The notes beneath the pieces are model-generated. The model ran no database searches, was not told where the DNA came from, and saw only the letters and a list, made by a program, of their open reading frames with translations. A DNA stretch of 58,233 nt, counting the filler, from Porpidia crustulata (taxonomy: Eukaryota): the NCBI GenBank assembly GCA_964255105.1. It is 4 parts of 4 records of this genome, joined end to end, with 100 filler letters (N's around TTAATTAATTAA, not from the genome) between each part and the next. Parts side by side here need not be neighbours in the genome. Positions count along the whole stretch, not along the records: positions 1 to 14,505 come from CAXUWE010000373.1; 3 more parts are not named here. One strand, 5' to 3'. The first letter of the stretch is position 1, and each line of letters opens with the position of its first letter. Made by a program: the position numbers and the translations under genes. Positions 1-12,935 of this stretch are shown here, in pieces.

Positions 1-168
1 GAGGGCAACCGGGGTGGGTACGGGACGAGTAAGCTGTGGCGATGAGAGCCACTTGGACGCCATGTTGGCGGGATGGTCGGGCGCCAATGCGCGGAGCAGC
101 GATTCGTCATAGGAGACGAACCGGGCAAACTCGGAGGCGACATCGGTGGCTGGGAGAGAGTTAGCCAT
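1..168 (-). CDS. 5' part of a hypothetical protein running off the window start (MANSLPATDVASEFARFVSYDESLLRALAPDHPANMASKW...)
   Basis: ATG at 168; 56 codons open to position 1; GC-rich and coding-like. No family recognised. Could be a downstream exon of the PAM2 gene. Confidence 0.4.
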   Translation of the reverse strand, partial: MANSLPATDVASEFARFVSYDESLLRALAPDHPANMASKWLSSPQLTRPVPTPVAL

Positions 169-1134
169 GTAGACTCTTAGGGAGATAAGTGTGAAGATCA
201 TGGGATGGTGATGGAATTAGTGCTACTACGGTTTTTCTTGATGGAGAGGAGATGGTAGATATAAGGCTTCGAAGGTTTCGGCACGAAATTGACAAAGCCG
301 TGGATAGCGATAGAATACCTTAAATGGCAGGCCTGTGGAGCTTTAGAGCTACTTCAACAAAAACATGATTCGGAATAGGAAGACGCATACGAGAGGCAAG
401 TGAAGTAATGCATCAGTCCAAACAAGAGCGTTTCAGGTAGGAGAGAGTTGTAGATGGCTTCAAGATGTTGCAAACTGACTGTTTGAAAACATGTGATAAT
501 GGAGGATAAGGGCTAAATGCGAGAGGTTGAAGAGTGGAGGATTTTTTGGAAATGTCTATTGGGAGGAGAGAAGACTGAGGTATGGAAGCTGTAGATGATG
601 AACGTGCTTGTGGAAGTCGATCAGTCAGCGACATGAAAGAAGGAGGTAGGGAACATAGGGCTATAACAGATAGATAAGATGAGGGGGTATGAATTCGCTA
701 CTTTGAAACCAGGAACATAGAATAAGAAATATTGCAGATCGAACACAGACATTGAGACTCTACTAATTTGACGATATACGAAGAATATAAAATTGGGGAG
801 GATACAAGAGCGACGGCGTTAGAAGAGGTCTGATTTTCTAGTCCCAAATAGTAGGTTGGAACAGTGTGGATCATTATGAGGAAATTGCTGCCGAGAACCG
901 GATAATCTAACCATAGGAGAGTAGGGATACATGCTGCCAATAACGAGTGAAAAAAAGCTACAACTCATACAATGTTTCTAAAACGATGCAAAATGAGTAA
1001 ACGACCATACGTAAGGGGCAGGAACGCTGAAGATCGCCGAAGTGTCGAAGTACGAGGTAGCAGATACAGGGAGACTTCTTTGAGTAAAACAGCTAGACTC
1101 TATGCGATCGCTACAGTATTCTGCAAGCTTACCA

Positions 1135-1346
1135 GGAGCAAATTCCTCTGCTGTAGTAGGTGGAGTAGGAGTAGGAGGCAAGGCGGAGTGGTCAACCTCC
1201 GGGATGGCTGCGGCACGTAGTCAGCATCAACAAAAGCAACTTCACACCGCGTTCACTTCCACAGCCCGCAGGAGCTACTTACTAGGCATCGGCACGAACT
1301 CTGCCGCCGAAGCGGATAGACGGGAGAAAAATCCACGCGGCGGCAT
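1135..1346 (-). CDS. First exons of a cryptic multi-exon gene with a PAM2 (PABP-interacting) motif; 3' structure unresolved
   Basis: GCCACCATG at 1346. Exon 1283-1346 reads MPPRGFFSRLSASAAEFVPMP. Intron 1208-1282 (GTAAGT..GCTGAC..CAG). Next exon TIPEVDHSALPPTPTPPTTAEEFAP ends at a GTAAGC donor. Confidence 0.45.
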
Positions 1347-1910
1347 GGTGGCTGATAGTGGCGGCGCTGGGTCTGGGTAGGAAGGTGAGTTGTCGGACTG
1401 GGGAGATGAGGCAGGAAGAAAGAAAACAGGATCACACAGGGGGTGTGTGTAAACGGTCTAGGGCGACCGCCATCCACCAAGCGGCGACGACATCGTCGTG
1501 CGTGTGGGGGCATAATTGTCACTCGACGACGCTTCTGGTCGGTGTGCACTTACATTCCACACTATCTGTCACTGGTGTCTGTTCTATAGCCAGTACTGTG
1601 CTATTGACTATGGTGCTGCTTGCATCGGCAGCGGACTTGTCCTTCTCCTGTGACTTTGAGTCAGCGAAGTCGAGTGACTGCTAGGAAGCCTTAGTCACGT
1701 ACATCTACGGTGATAGGATTTACGACTTTTCAAGGGTGAGAGAATATTTGCATACACCGTCTCGCCTTCTCTAGGCTCTGAGTCTATAGTCTGGATCTCT
1801 GTGTTCTTTGCAGTGTTGTCTCTCCCTTTACTCTGGCAAAATTGTCCCCGAATGTTGGCTCGGGGAAGGTGAGGATTCGATCTTCAAATTCTTGTAATCC
1901 TAACAGGATC

Positions 1911-2297
1911 CTAGCTGAGGTCGATGCTGTCGTTGTTAGTCTTGATGACTTCAGGGCCGTCCGCTTGAGAATGATCACCATGTTCTGGAGAGCGCAACAC
2001 GCGTTCTTGGTCTGAAGCTACCATCTCAGGCTCTTCCCTGGCAGAGAAAAACAGGCCATCCGCCCCTGAGGAGCTGCCGTTGTGGGAAGCTGTACTCATA
2101 AGGCCATTTGGGGAGTTCGGCGCAGTGAGGAAATCTCTGTCAGATGAAGACGATGAGTCCGACTTATCTACCCTGGAGGGAGATGGATCTCCGGGGACAT
2201 TGAGATGGGATACCTGATCTTTTCGCGCTGATTGGAGACCGATTGATGCAGAAGCCGGGGCAACACGTTCATGTGTGTCTACTGCAATTCTAGTCAT
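1911..2297 (-). CDS. Ser/Asp-rich hypothetical ORF or gene fragment
   Basis: ORF from ATG 2297 (MTRIAVDTHERVAP...) with low-complexity composition. No domain recognised and I could not splice it cleanly to neighbouring exon-like pieces. Confidence 0.25.
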   Translation of the reverse strand: MTRIAVDTHERVAPASASIGLQSARKDQVSHLNVPGDPSPSRVDKSDSSSSSDRDFLTAPNSPNGLMSTASHNGSSSGADGLFFSAREEPEMVASDQERVLRSPEHGDHSQADGPEVIKTNNDSIDLS

Positions 2298-3633
2298 TGC
2301 TGCAATGGCTTTGTGGATGCTAAGCGAATTCACGGAAGAAAGTCAGCTTCGCTGCAGGGACTTCCCTTGTGCTCAAAGCATTCACCTCTCAAAAGCTTCC
2401 TGGAACACAAACAGAAAACTACCGTCAGATTGAATCATTAGCTACAAGAGGATGAAAATCAGAAGCGAAATAGCTGCTCATGAGGTAGGGTTGTGAGGTG
2501 CATGGTCTACAGTAGGTGTGATGCAATTGGTCACAGTAGGTAGGTAAGGAAAAGTGTTTCATGATTGTCAACAACAGTATCGATCTCGCCCTACAAGGCG
2601 ACGACCCGTGGAATGATTCAAGACATTACTAGGAAAGCAAATGGTGACAATACCGATGTAAAATAGTCTCAATTGATGGCTTGAATGCCTTGCCCTATTT
2701 TTCCAACGCCTGTCTGTGGCCCTGGAACTTTACACCAGGAAAACCGCGTTACCGTGAGCAATAGCTACGAAGCTAAATCCAAGTGATGCGAAGTCGTGAA
2801 GGCTGGATGATGAGAGGTAGTACGAAGCTTATAGAAGTACTAATGATCTTTTAGTTTCTTAGCCGAAACTGCCCACTATTACATGTTGCCCAATAAGAGG
2901 ATTAACAGTGCTTCTACAGGATCTTGAATCAGAGATGATTGACCTACAGTGCGTGAGAGCTCCATTCACGTGCAGCTCGATGTCTTGACGCTAAGGATGT
3001 GCTTCAAGATCAATGCCACACCAGATCAATCAGCTGCAACGAACAATCTGGCACGGCAGTAACAACTTAAGATGAGGGAAACAATCCAAACCTGACCAAG
3101 ATTTGAGGGGCAAGGTTCGAGATATCATTGTAAGCTGACCAGCGACAACGATGGCGGTGAGGACAATTGACTTCGAAATCACTTCTAAAGGTATGCCGAA
3201 GACGAGCCACGCTAGAAGTGAGATGGTGGCGAAGAGTGTTCAGAAGGTGCCGAGGATAATTGAACGAGTAATAAAGGAAAACTTTTGGGATGAACCAAGC
3301 AAGAATGCGACTAGAGGAGCCAATGACGAGAAAGAAGACGAAGGCGCGAATACCAGCAGAAGCCGGAAATGCCTTGAGCGATCGAATTGTCTGCAACGTA
3401 GATAGTTAGTCCGGAATGGTGACAGTGGAAGCGGTATCGTCGGTATTGTAATTGAAGCGGTAGGATGGTAGGTTTGGTGGTTAGTAGTATCTAGATGCCC
3501 GCCGAAAATACAACAAATTGTGGGATGAGCGGCATCACACAAATTCTAGAAATGGTCATCACGCTTCGAGGAGGGATCGTGCTAGTGTCAATATCAGGGG
3601 CCTCATGCATAGACACTAACACGAGGACTTCAC

Positions 3634-5312
3634 CTAGAACTTTCGCTTTTTCTTCGCAGTCCCTCTACCTTTCTCTTCGAACTCCCGTTTAAGCTCTGCT
3701 CTCTTTCGATTTCCCTTCTCTCTGGAAGACTCGCGAGGTAGCGGAGAATTAGGTCTTACAGCATGCCGACTTGTTCTGTCTTGTCCCGAAGATATATGAA
3801 GTCCACCAACGTTATTTTCTACATCAGTAGTTGAGTTCTTGAGCAATATAGAATCCCGAATTTGACGTTCCTTGACAGGCTCATGTACCTTAGCAGGCTC
3901 ATAGAGCATTTCTTTAGATTTGCCTAGTTCTTTCCTTTTTCCACCAATCTTGCCCAACTTTGTCGAAGGCCCAGATCCAGATTGCTTTTTGGGTCGTCCT
4001 TCATTGCTATCATCAGGAAATCTGAAAGGAGCCTCTTCCTTGTTACCAGTGAACACTTTCGCTCGATTATTGGTACTCTCACGGCCATTGTCCTGAATCG
4101 GAATGGGGCTTCTCTCCGGGAGAAAGCCTAAGTAATTGTGCTTATTCGGCTCATCTACTTGAACGACCAAAGTAGAGCCTGCCCTTTGAGACTTGTCTTC
4201 GTTCTTATATAGCTCTAGGCTCTCCTCGCTGTCATCCGTAGTCGAATCTTCATCAACCGAAGTTGCACTTTGCATCACTGAATCGCGTTTTTCTTGTTTG
4301 GCTTCGGGAGTCTCTTGGCGAGTATCTGGCGGATGTCTACTATGTAGGGGAATTGATTGTCTCTAGGGTGTTTCAATTAGCTAAGACATGACTCGGAACC
4401 ACTGGAGAGGCTATGACGAACCTGAATGTCAAGGTCAAGATCTGTCCTGGTTTTCGGAGCCCTTAAGGCCTGCCTTACTTCTGGTCCAGCTCTTGAATAT
4501 TCGGACACGTCCCCCGCTTCTTCTTTTCCATCCTCTCTTACAAGATCCCACCAAGTACCGAGACCTGACCATTCGAAGGCGACACTCGCCAATTTGAAGG
4601 TACCAGCAGGAGCAAATAGTTCAAAGATGACATCTTCTATATTCCCAGAATGTGATGTAAAGCGTGTCCTCCACTCCTCTTGGTTGAATCTACCAAGTCC
4701 CTTCACTATTTTGGCAACGGATTCCCTCGAATCAACCCTGTTCCTGGCTTTGGAGAATGCAGTACTGGGGAATATCTTGCTAAGTTCTGATCCATCTGAT
4801 TGTATTTTGTCTGCTAGTCTATCAATAACGTGATCTTTGTCTTTCAGATGCTGTAAAAGGGACTCAATCTGGGCGTTTGCATTCAACAGCTGACATAGAC
4901 AAGGCAGAACAAAATCACGTGTCAGAAAATTCTGAGTTGCAGGAGTCAGGTGTATGGGCCATTGAAGTGGCTCTAGAGGGACCGGTAGAAATGCAACAAC
5001 ATTCAATATCAGGTGCTTTGGAGCATCCCCTCGATTTATGCTCAACTTAGTACCGCTCTGATCCTCCAAAGAATCCAAAATTCGGCGCAGAAATTGCTGC
5101 ATCTGGGTGGCATCTTCGCTAGGATCTATAGTCGTGTCTAAACTCAACGCTCTCTTTAAAAGCTGTTTGCGATCTAAACGCTCTAACCAAATATAGGTAA
5201 GATCTGTAATGAGAACAACGTAACTTGAAGGCCCGAACTCATAGTGAATTAAGAGCGGGGGCAGACCACTCCCATCGTGAGAGACACGCAATGGTCTCCA
5301 GGGCGAGCTCAT
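3634..5312 (-). CDS. xlf1: XLF/Cernunnos/Nej1-family non-homologous end-joining factor (exons 5312-4422, 4362-3634)
   Basis: XLF head-domain pattern (LITDLTYIWLERLDRKQLLKRA..TTIDPSEDATQMQQFL..PLQWPIHL), coiled coil (LKDKDHVIDRL), in-frame join over intron 4363-4421 (GTTCGT..GCTAAT..TAG), basic-aromatic C-terminus KKKRKF. Confidence 0.85.
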
Positions 5313-5638
5313 AGCGCAAATTCATTGCAGTCAAGAGACGCAACTACCTAAATGCAGATACCACGATACCATACGTAACTTACCTAGTACATAAGGTAAA
5401 TAATACACTAGCGTGTGATAACTTACACATTGATATACGTACAATCGAAGAACAACAGCTCTAAATTCTTATTCAACAATAGCTTCATTATTTATTTTGA
5501 CATCACCTCAGACACTTTCATGCAATGGTCAAACCGTTGAAATGAATATACAGGGGACCGGTGGATTCTTGTCTTCCACATCTCTAATCCGCAAAAGTTA
5601 TAGACAAGCCGTGCTCCCTAGGTCATTCTGCCAATCCA
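5313..5638. promoter_or_regulatory. Compact divergent (probably bidirectional) promoter between XLF and cactin
   Basis: 326-bp AT-rich spacer between head-to-head ATGs at 5312 (-) and 5639 (+). Confidence 0.5.
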
Positions 5639-7415
5639 ATGGCTTCCTATGAAAGTCAACGGCCCCGTAAGCGGACGAAGATATCAAGAAGCCCTTCACC
5701 AAATTCCTGGCGGCGTCAAACTAAGAACTACAAATCCCTTCAAGAACAGGCCGGACCAGTCCGAATAGACGGCGGACAACTGGCTGACGAAGGCATAACC
5801 GAGCGAAAAGAGCATGAGAGCTTTGCTAGAGAGCAGACACGCTTGAATCAGGTGCAAGAGGCGGAGCGAATGAGAGAATGGGTGTCTCAGGAGGATAATT
5901 TTGTATTGAAGCAGTCTAAGAAAAAAGCACACATCCGTGTTAGAGAGGGACGTGCAAAACCAATTGATTGGCTTGCTGTTACCCTTAGTGTCGTAGATCC
6001 AACGAGAGACCCCTTAGAAGATGACAGCATCGAATCAGACATTGACATATTTGACCCTGCCGGAATCTTCGAGGGGATGGATCATACTTTACTAGAGCAT
6101 TTGGGCAAGGAGATCGACGCGTACATGACACTCGAATCCGATAAAACTAATCGAAGTTATTGGAATGTAAGAACTATTAGCAATCGTGACCTCAATTATT
6201 CGTGCTAATGACGCCTAGGCACTCAAAATAATATGCAAGGACCATCAGAGCACCTTGGCGCCCTCAGGACCGCAAGCCAGATCTGGTAACTCAGTCTCCG
6301 CAGATGTAGAGCGTCTCTTGGGCCCGAAATCTTCTGAGGAGCTCGAGATTCTGGAACGTCAAATTTCCATCAAGCTGCAGTCTAATGAACCGATTGATGT
6401 TGAGTACTGGGAACAACTTCTCGGAAGTATAGCCGTATACAAGGCGAAGGCGGAACTGAACAGAGTCTACAAAACCATCATCGACAGCCGATTAGCTGAT
6501 CTCAAGCAGGAACAAGTTACTGAAGCAGCTCAAGCGAGAAGAAGACTAGCTGTACTCCTTAGCGAGCCTTCTGATTCGAGAAGTCATTCACCTAGACCCT
6601 CTACTAACATTGATACTTCGCTGTCCCAACTTCCACCTGCGCAGTACTCACAGCAAATTGACCCTGAACCTTACTTGAAACTTCGAGTCGATGATAAAGG
6701 TCATGAAGTGGTTGAAGAGTCTGCTTTCATAGATAAAATAGCTTCAGAGCGTCGCAGGGTACTTAAGCTGGGCTATGTGCCATTGCGACAACTCCAGTCG
6801 AACAGGTCGGCCGCCGCTCTTATTCCAAGACCCACAGAGACAACCGTTCCTGGCAGTTCTCGTTTTGCTACTGTCGTAAACGAAGATTTCTCGTCTGCCA
6901 CAACCGCTCTATACGAACGTGAAGTTGCTAGAGGAGTTCAGGAGAATGAAGAGATTTTTGCTGGAGAAGAGGAAATATCGTCACTCTCCAAACCTCAATG
7001 GGTAAATAAATACAGGCCACGAAAGCCTCGGTATTTTAATCGGGTGCAGATGGGCTACGAGTGGAACAAATACAACCAGACCCACTATGATCATGATAAT
7101 CCGCCACCAAAGGTCGTGCAAGGTTACAAATTCAACATTTTCTACCCAGATCTAATTGATAAAGTGAAAGCCCCCACCTATCGCATCGAGCGTGAGAACG
7201 GCCGAAAGCGAGGGCAATCATTCGCACCAGCTGGGGAGGAGGACACCTGTTTGATTCGTTTTACTAGTGGGCCGCCGTATGAGGACCTTGCATTCCGTAT
7301 TGTGGACAAAGAATGGGACTATAGTGCAAAAAGAGAACGCGGATTTCGGAGTAGTTTCGACAAAGGCATCCTTCAACTGCATTTTCAATTTAAGAAAGTC
7401 TATTACCGGAAATAG
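5639..7415 (+). CDS. cactin: Cactin spliceosomal factor (exons 5639-6166, 6219-7415)
   Basis: Mid-domain motif EDNFVLKQSKKKAHIRVREGRAKPID; C-terminal domain KYRPRKPRYFNRVQMGYEWNKYNQTHYDHDNPPPKVVQGYKFNIFYPDLID..GPPYEDLAFRIVDKEW; intron 6167-6218 (GTAAGA..GCTAAT..TAG). Confidence 0.93.
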
Positions 7416-8716
7416 TTGAAAGAAAATGGTATCTATCGATCATCTGATTACGACTCAACGCTTTCATTCCGGTCTAAGAATCAAAACTGAGGATCGTCGA
7501 GATTTCCGCAGGCCAAAGATTTTCGCCTCTCTTCAGACTACAGCTGCTTAGGCCAATGAGTGTGTGGAGCATGTGGGAAATCAATGTGAGATAGTTTTGC
7601 AACCACATTGCACATGACCCATGAAGCGTTTCCAACTCATCTCCAATGCTTCGACCGAGCCAAATGGTTAATCATGATTATGCTACCCGTCGGATTAGCC
7701 TTTATCGAATAGTATCCTAAGAGGCTGATCCTATTTCTGGGAGCACGACCTGCGAGACGGACACATCATGTCTTTGGCATACTAGGCTTCACGCTAACGC
7801 ATCATAAATATGCCGTCTTCAAGATCAAAGGCCGCAGTGCTCGCAGCTCCCATATTGACCCTCAAGCCCTAGAAAGCAGTCCCATCACAAACTCGCGAAG
7901 CGAAGCGGCAGTGAGCATATTGCTTTTGGAACCCTTATATCGTGAAGCCGAGAGATCATTGGTACCCGCTAATTGCTGAGTATTAAGGCTGGTCACGTCA
8001 CTGGACTAACCATTTGAGGTCAACGGACGGGTCTCAGGTTGGCTACGGGACACCTCCCGCCTTCGCTGCAGCTTCTAGAAGGTGTGGATCATGGTGAGGT
8101 GACGGATGCGTTACCTTTGGGCTAGTTCTCATGCAGCCAGCCACAACCAATCAGTGCTTGAGAAAACCTCCTTGGGCAAGGTCTCCTTGCCCTTGTGATA
8201 AAGGCAGGTATCCGCTTTGCATAGAAGCCTAGAAATGCGTTGGACTCGTTGGCTGCGGCGCTGGCAAGAGATCACTGGTTTTCTAAGCAGGCGGTGAGTC
8301 CAAACCAGATCCATCCATTGAATACAGCGAAGAAAACGAGTACGCTGTGGAACGTTACCCATAGCCAGCTCAGGCCCAGAAATCCTTACATGCGCGGATG
8401 CAGAAACCATCATTCCTGGGGCTTTTCCATCCGTCATGTTTGCTCTATGCCGCAAGACACCGGATTGTTGCACCCATCCTTCAACCCATGAGTTGGCATT
8501 CCGCCTAATCGGTTGCTCTGCGAAAGAGCCTAATCTTTCCTTACATCTTTGGGCGGAACGTACAATATCAATGTCTCACACATCTTATCTTCTAGAAATT
8601 CTTTCCATTCTTGTCCTTTCTGTTCGTAGACCACTCTCCATACTAAGGCCATTACTTCTCTGCATTACTTCAGGGAATATCTGTCTGTCTTTGCCTACCA
8701 TACAAAGGAGCTTGTC

Positions 8717-10297
8717 ATGCCGTTACAAAAATCTTCTCGCCATGCACTACCTGTTCAAGATGTGCCCGTAAATGTTGATCTTCGAGCTCTACACACAGCT
8801 TCACCTTCTTCCCAATCTCGCTTACTTGAGTCCGGTTCTCAGATCACCATGCCTTCCCTAGCCGGTTGTACAGCAGACATTGTCTCAGACTATTGCTTCA
8901 ACACGGAGCCTTACCAAGAAGATGGCCTATTTGCCTCGAAGCCTCTGCCATGGCAAGAAGTTCAAGAGCCATCAAGACCCCAGCAGGAACCAAATCCTTA
9001 CCGTCTAACCCAGGAGTCCTTGGAGCACCACTTTGACAACGCTTTCGGAGGATCGTGTGCCGAAAAGCCAACAGAAGATTCGGTTTGGGACTATGGCTAT
9101 ATACACCGACCGGTCACTCCACATACATCATCGATGCGGCCGCGCAACTATCCCTCTGAAAGAGGCGTTCATAGTCGAGAATCTATACAACCGCAGAAAG
9201 AGCCGCAGAGGACAACCTCATTCCTCCTGGATTCATATCAGCAACCATCGCATCAGACAATGCTTGCAAACTTACGATTACAACGCCACCGTGATACATT
9301 AGCAAATCCGACGAATATCTGTCAAGTGCCGTTTGATGACGAAACCTATCAGAACGCATGTTCGACCTCCTCGCATTACTCAATGGACCCCTCAAATTTC
9401 GATATGTCTTCGGCCAATAGTCCCGGCACCATTGCTGGGCAAGAACTCGTAAATGATGTACTGGTGACGAATGGCGAAGACAGCGATGGAGATGGAAATT
9501 CCAATAGTGAACCCTACGCGCAGCTAATATTTCGGGCCCTCAAGAGTGCACCAGGCCACAGAATGGTGTTGAAAGAGATATATGAATGGTTTGCAAAGAA
9601 CACGGATAAAGCAAAAACTTCGTCGTCAAAAGGCTGGCAAAATAGCATCAGACATAATCTGTCCATGAATGGCGTAAGATATGACGCTGGAATGGTACTC
9701 TTGGCAATTGCTGATGCGAAACAGGCCTTCAAAAAAGTAGATCAAGCACCACCATCCGAGGAAACCAAAAAAGGTTTCGTCTGGGTCCTTGAACCTACTG
9801 CGGTAGACGAAGGCGTGAAATCTACTACCAGATACCGAAAATTTAATTCCAATCGGAAAATTGGTAAAGCTGATAATCCAGCTCCACAGCGGCAGCGATC
9901 TGGTGCCAAGGGAGGGAAGGCGGCCAAAAAGGCGGCAAAAATAAGGCGTTCTGCCAGATTCACCGCGCCCAGTGTTCTTCGATATGTCGAAGAGGCCCGT
10001 GTGGCTTCACCTACTACTTCTGTATCGACTACGGACAACACTAGTCAAATGATCTCGGACGTTGGCTTGGCTCATCCGACCGAGATGCCCTACTACCTAT
10101 CTACTCCTACCTTATCCTCTCAGTCGTCGACTCTAGATTCGAAGTCGTACGGTTTCGAGGAGATCGCAGGATGCTCTCCGCATATTTGCGATCAACTTTT
10201 CTACGAAGATCCGGACCATATCAACAATCCGATACTCTCGTATCCCCCGTTTTGCGATTCTGGGGACAATATCTTCACATACGGCCTGGCCGTATGA
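8717..10297 (+). CDS. Forkhead/winged-helix transcription factor (intron 9674-9724)
   Basis: EPYAQLIFRALKSAPGHRMVLKEIYEWF..GWQNSIRHNLSMNG|AFKKV..VWVL. The 51-nt intron GTAAGA..GCTGAT..CAG is in frame. Start codon uncertain. Confidence 0.88.
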   Translation: MPLQKSSRHALPVQDVPVNVDLRALHTASPSSQSRLLESGSQITMPSLAGCTADIVSDYCFNTEPYQEDGLFASKPLPWQEVQEPSRPQQEPNPYRLTQESLEHHFDNAFGGSCAEKPTEDSVWDYGYIHRPVTPHTSSMRPRNYPSERGVHSRESIQPQKEPQRTTSFLLDSYQQPSHQTMLANLRLQRHRDTLANPTNICQVPFDDETYQNACSTSSHYSMDPSNFDMSSANSPGTIAGQELVNDVLVTNGEDSDGDGNSNSEPYAQLIFRALKSAPGHRMVLKEIYEWFAKNTDKAKTSSSKGWQNSIRHNLSMNGVRYDAGMVLLAIADAKQAFKKVDQAPPSEETKKGFVWVLEPTAVDEGVKSTTRYRKFNSNRKIGKADNPAPQRQRSGAKGGKAAKKAAKIRRSARFTAPSVLRYVEEARVASPTTSVSTTDNTSQMISDVGLAHPTEMPYYLSTPTLSSQSSTLDSKSYGFEEIAGCSPHICDQLFYEDPDHINNPILSYPPFCDSGDNIFTYGLAV

Positions 10298-12906
10298 TTT
10301 GTAAAATCTTATCAATCGTTCACTAGCAGTCCAGTAAGGATGCCAACAGCACTTGATATGCACTGTTGCGTTGACTGCTAGAAACCAAATAAGACTTCCA
10401 TAGACTTTACTTTTGTGTGTACAGGCAAATCGTTACAGGTTCGTTGTTTTCCTGCTAAATGGCATCTGCAATCCCCTGTTTTCCGCAATTATACATTATT
10501 TTGATATCCTGGTCAATGTGCCCGTATTCCTAGCAATACAGTCCTGCTCATCGATACCCAATAGACTATCTCCTTGCATGTATTTACTGGGCGAAGCTTG
10601 ATTCTAAGATGCTGTTTGCCCGTTGTGGATGATGTGTACATTAGTGGAGCCCGTCTGTTAGTCTTGCCTGTTTGCCTTTAGACGGCATGATGGCTGATTA
10701 AATACTTCTGCGACCATCGAAACGAGTTTTCTTGCTAGTTGGTCGGTCATAACTAAATCTACTAACATTAACATACCTTCGGCCTAGTGACAGATCTATA
10801 CGATCAGCAACTTGAGCATCCACATCAGGCAAGCGAGCGGGCTCTGCTACAGAGCGTATCCCAAGCGCCTTTGACCAATCAACGCAGTTCTTCGTACACT
10901 ACCCATCGCTGTTAGTGGCAATATTTCGGATTTGAAGATTATGCACAACTCGCGGATCCAACACCAACCGTGGTCCACGAGCTTGAACCTTACATAGTAG
11001 GCTACAGGATGACTAATGTTGTTCAGATCAAAGCGAGCAACTGCCAGCGGGAGCGGGCGGTCTGTCTTTCGGCTCAAATTCATGATCTCAATTGCTTCGC
11101 TTGGCTTTCGAGACAGCTCGAACGACCTATTGTAAGCTCTGCTATCCCGGGTTTTCACGTTCAATCACTGATCCTTATGCAAGCCTTCATCTCTAGTTCA
11201 GGAAAAGCCGAAGGGGTTAATCCGGGTTTGACAGATCAATCGGGATGTCGTGCGTACTCGGCCATACAAGCCAGGCAGCACAACGTGCAAAATCCTGCCT
11301 CGCTATGCACAAGAATCTCCAAAAGGCTAGCCTGGTTGGTTGTGGAACCCTGCACAGACTAATGCAAGTTTGGCATATGCATGTCTGGAGCTGTTTCCGC
11401 ATTGCCACTCGAAAGTCCAAAGACCTAATGGCACCACAGCAAGCTGGCACCCTCCCATACCTTATTCTTCAGGCACAAGTCACACATCAAGCACCACAAA
11501 GCTTGCTTCGATCGGAATAATCTAGTTTGGGCCTTGGGGATCCGGGAAGAATCATCCGAAGGTGGCATCCTGTAAGGGAGCATGGAGTACATCGCTCAAT
11601 CGGGCTGGCTCTGAGAAAAGAAGCAGTGCATCTCAGCAGGCTCATCTCCACTGACAAGCTTAAGGGTTGTCGGATAGGGCTATCCTACATCTACACCAAG
11701 GCAGCCGAATGCAGCTAAAATTTGCTCTCATAGGTAGTTGTGTTGAGATGAATGGCGCAAGTCGACCATAAGTTAGCATCTAATCTGTTTTACAGGCCAC
11801 GAAGACTAAATCGTCAAGCAGACTGAGCGGTCAGCGTTGAAAGCGGCCTTGCAATTGGCATCGGTTGTATGGTTTCATCATCGACTGAACGAAAAGCCCA
11901 CGCGGGCTATAACACATGCCAAGTGCTTAGTTTCGGATCCGGCACACCGCCTTGGCTCTTGTACGGCTAACCACGTGCGATGAACCCACCACAGTCTACC
12001 TTTAACATTCTGACAGCTTTACAGCCTTCCGAATGCGGGCAACCGTCCAATTTCGAAGCCCATTGGTACAGGAATTGCGGTACAACCTCGGTATGTTGCA
12101 GGTGGTTTCACCATCATATGAAGCAATGCAAGAGCCGATCCAGGATGTCAACCGGATTATGCTGAAACTAGGGTATGCCTCAAGAATGCTAACGTCTAAG
12201 TATAAAATGCAAGCTTAGGTGCGCCATTGGAAAATAACATTTGCACTTTGAGCGATGAAGCTAGCTGAACGTTTTCTCAATACATCGTTGTTTAAGTGCG
12301 ACAATCTGGGACGGAGTATTGATGGAGCAGAATCTAGCTATCCCTGTTGCCTCCCGTTGCAGAACGAAAGCTTTTAGTTCACGTTCCGGGACATGATCAC
12401 TTTTGCGGACCCTAGGTTACCGGCTACCCGAGAAATATAGGAGCTCGGCGATGGTTGGCCTACTGTGTACCTGTATGAGACAGAATGTGCCGAAGGGAGA
12501 TATAGTCCTCATATCTGAAATGCCTCACCCGCTTTCGGGCAGTATAGACATTGAAAGGGGAACAACGCTTGCTTTTCATGCTTATAGCATCGTCTGTGGT
12601 CGTCCCAAGGCGCTGAGAGATCAGATATACGCCCCTTCAAGTCCTACTTTCCGAGCCACTGAGCGTACACATAGTCAGGACTAATTGCATCTACCGAGGC
12701 CCTGAGTCATAATCACTAGTGCTCGATCGAAGCACCTATATGTTTCGATGGACGTCTCCCAGCATGCGGAATAGACACATTTCTGATTATCAGAACATGG
12801 ATATCTCGAATTCGTCGACCAAAGTATGCGAGTAAGCATCCATATGTGTAACGATTCTGCGACGCAACCTCATGAGCTCGCTTACATTTCTTCCTACACG
12901 GAGGCT

Positions 12907-12935
12907 AGTCATGGGTCTATTGGAGACCCATGACT
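12907..12935. repeat. Perfect 12-bp inverted repeat with 5-nt loop
   Basis: AGTCATGGGTCT-ATTGG-AGACCCATGACT. Confidence 0.8.

Noticed and set aside
3067..3600. Overlapping short ORFs downstream of XLF
   Set aside because: No domain, splice structure or transposon motif recognised.
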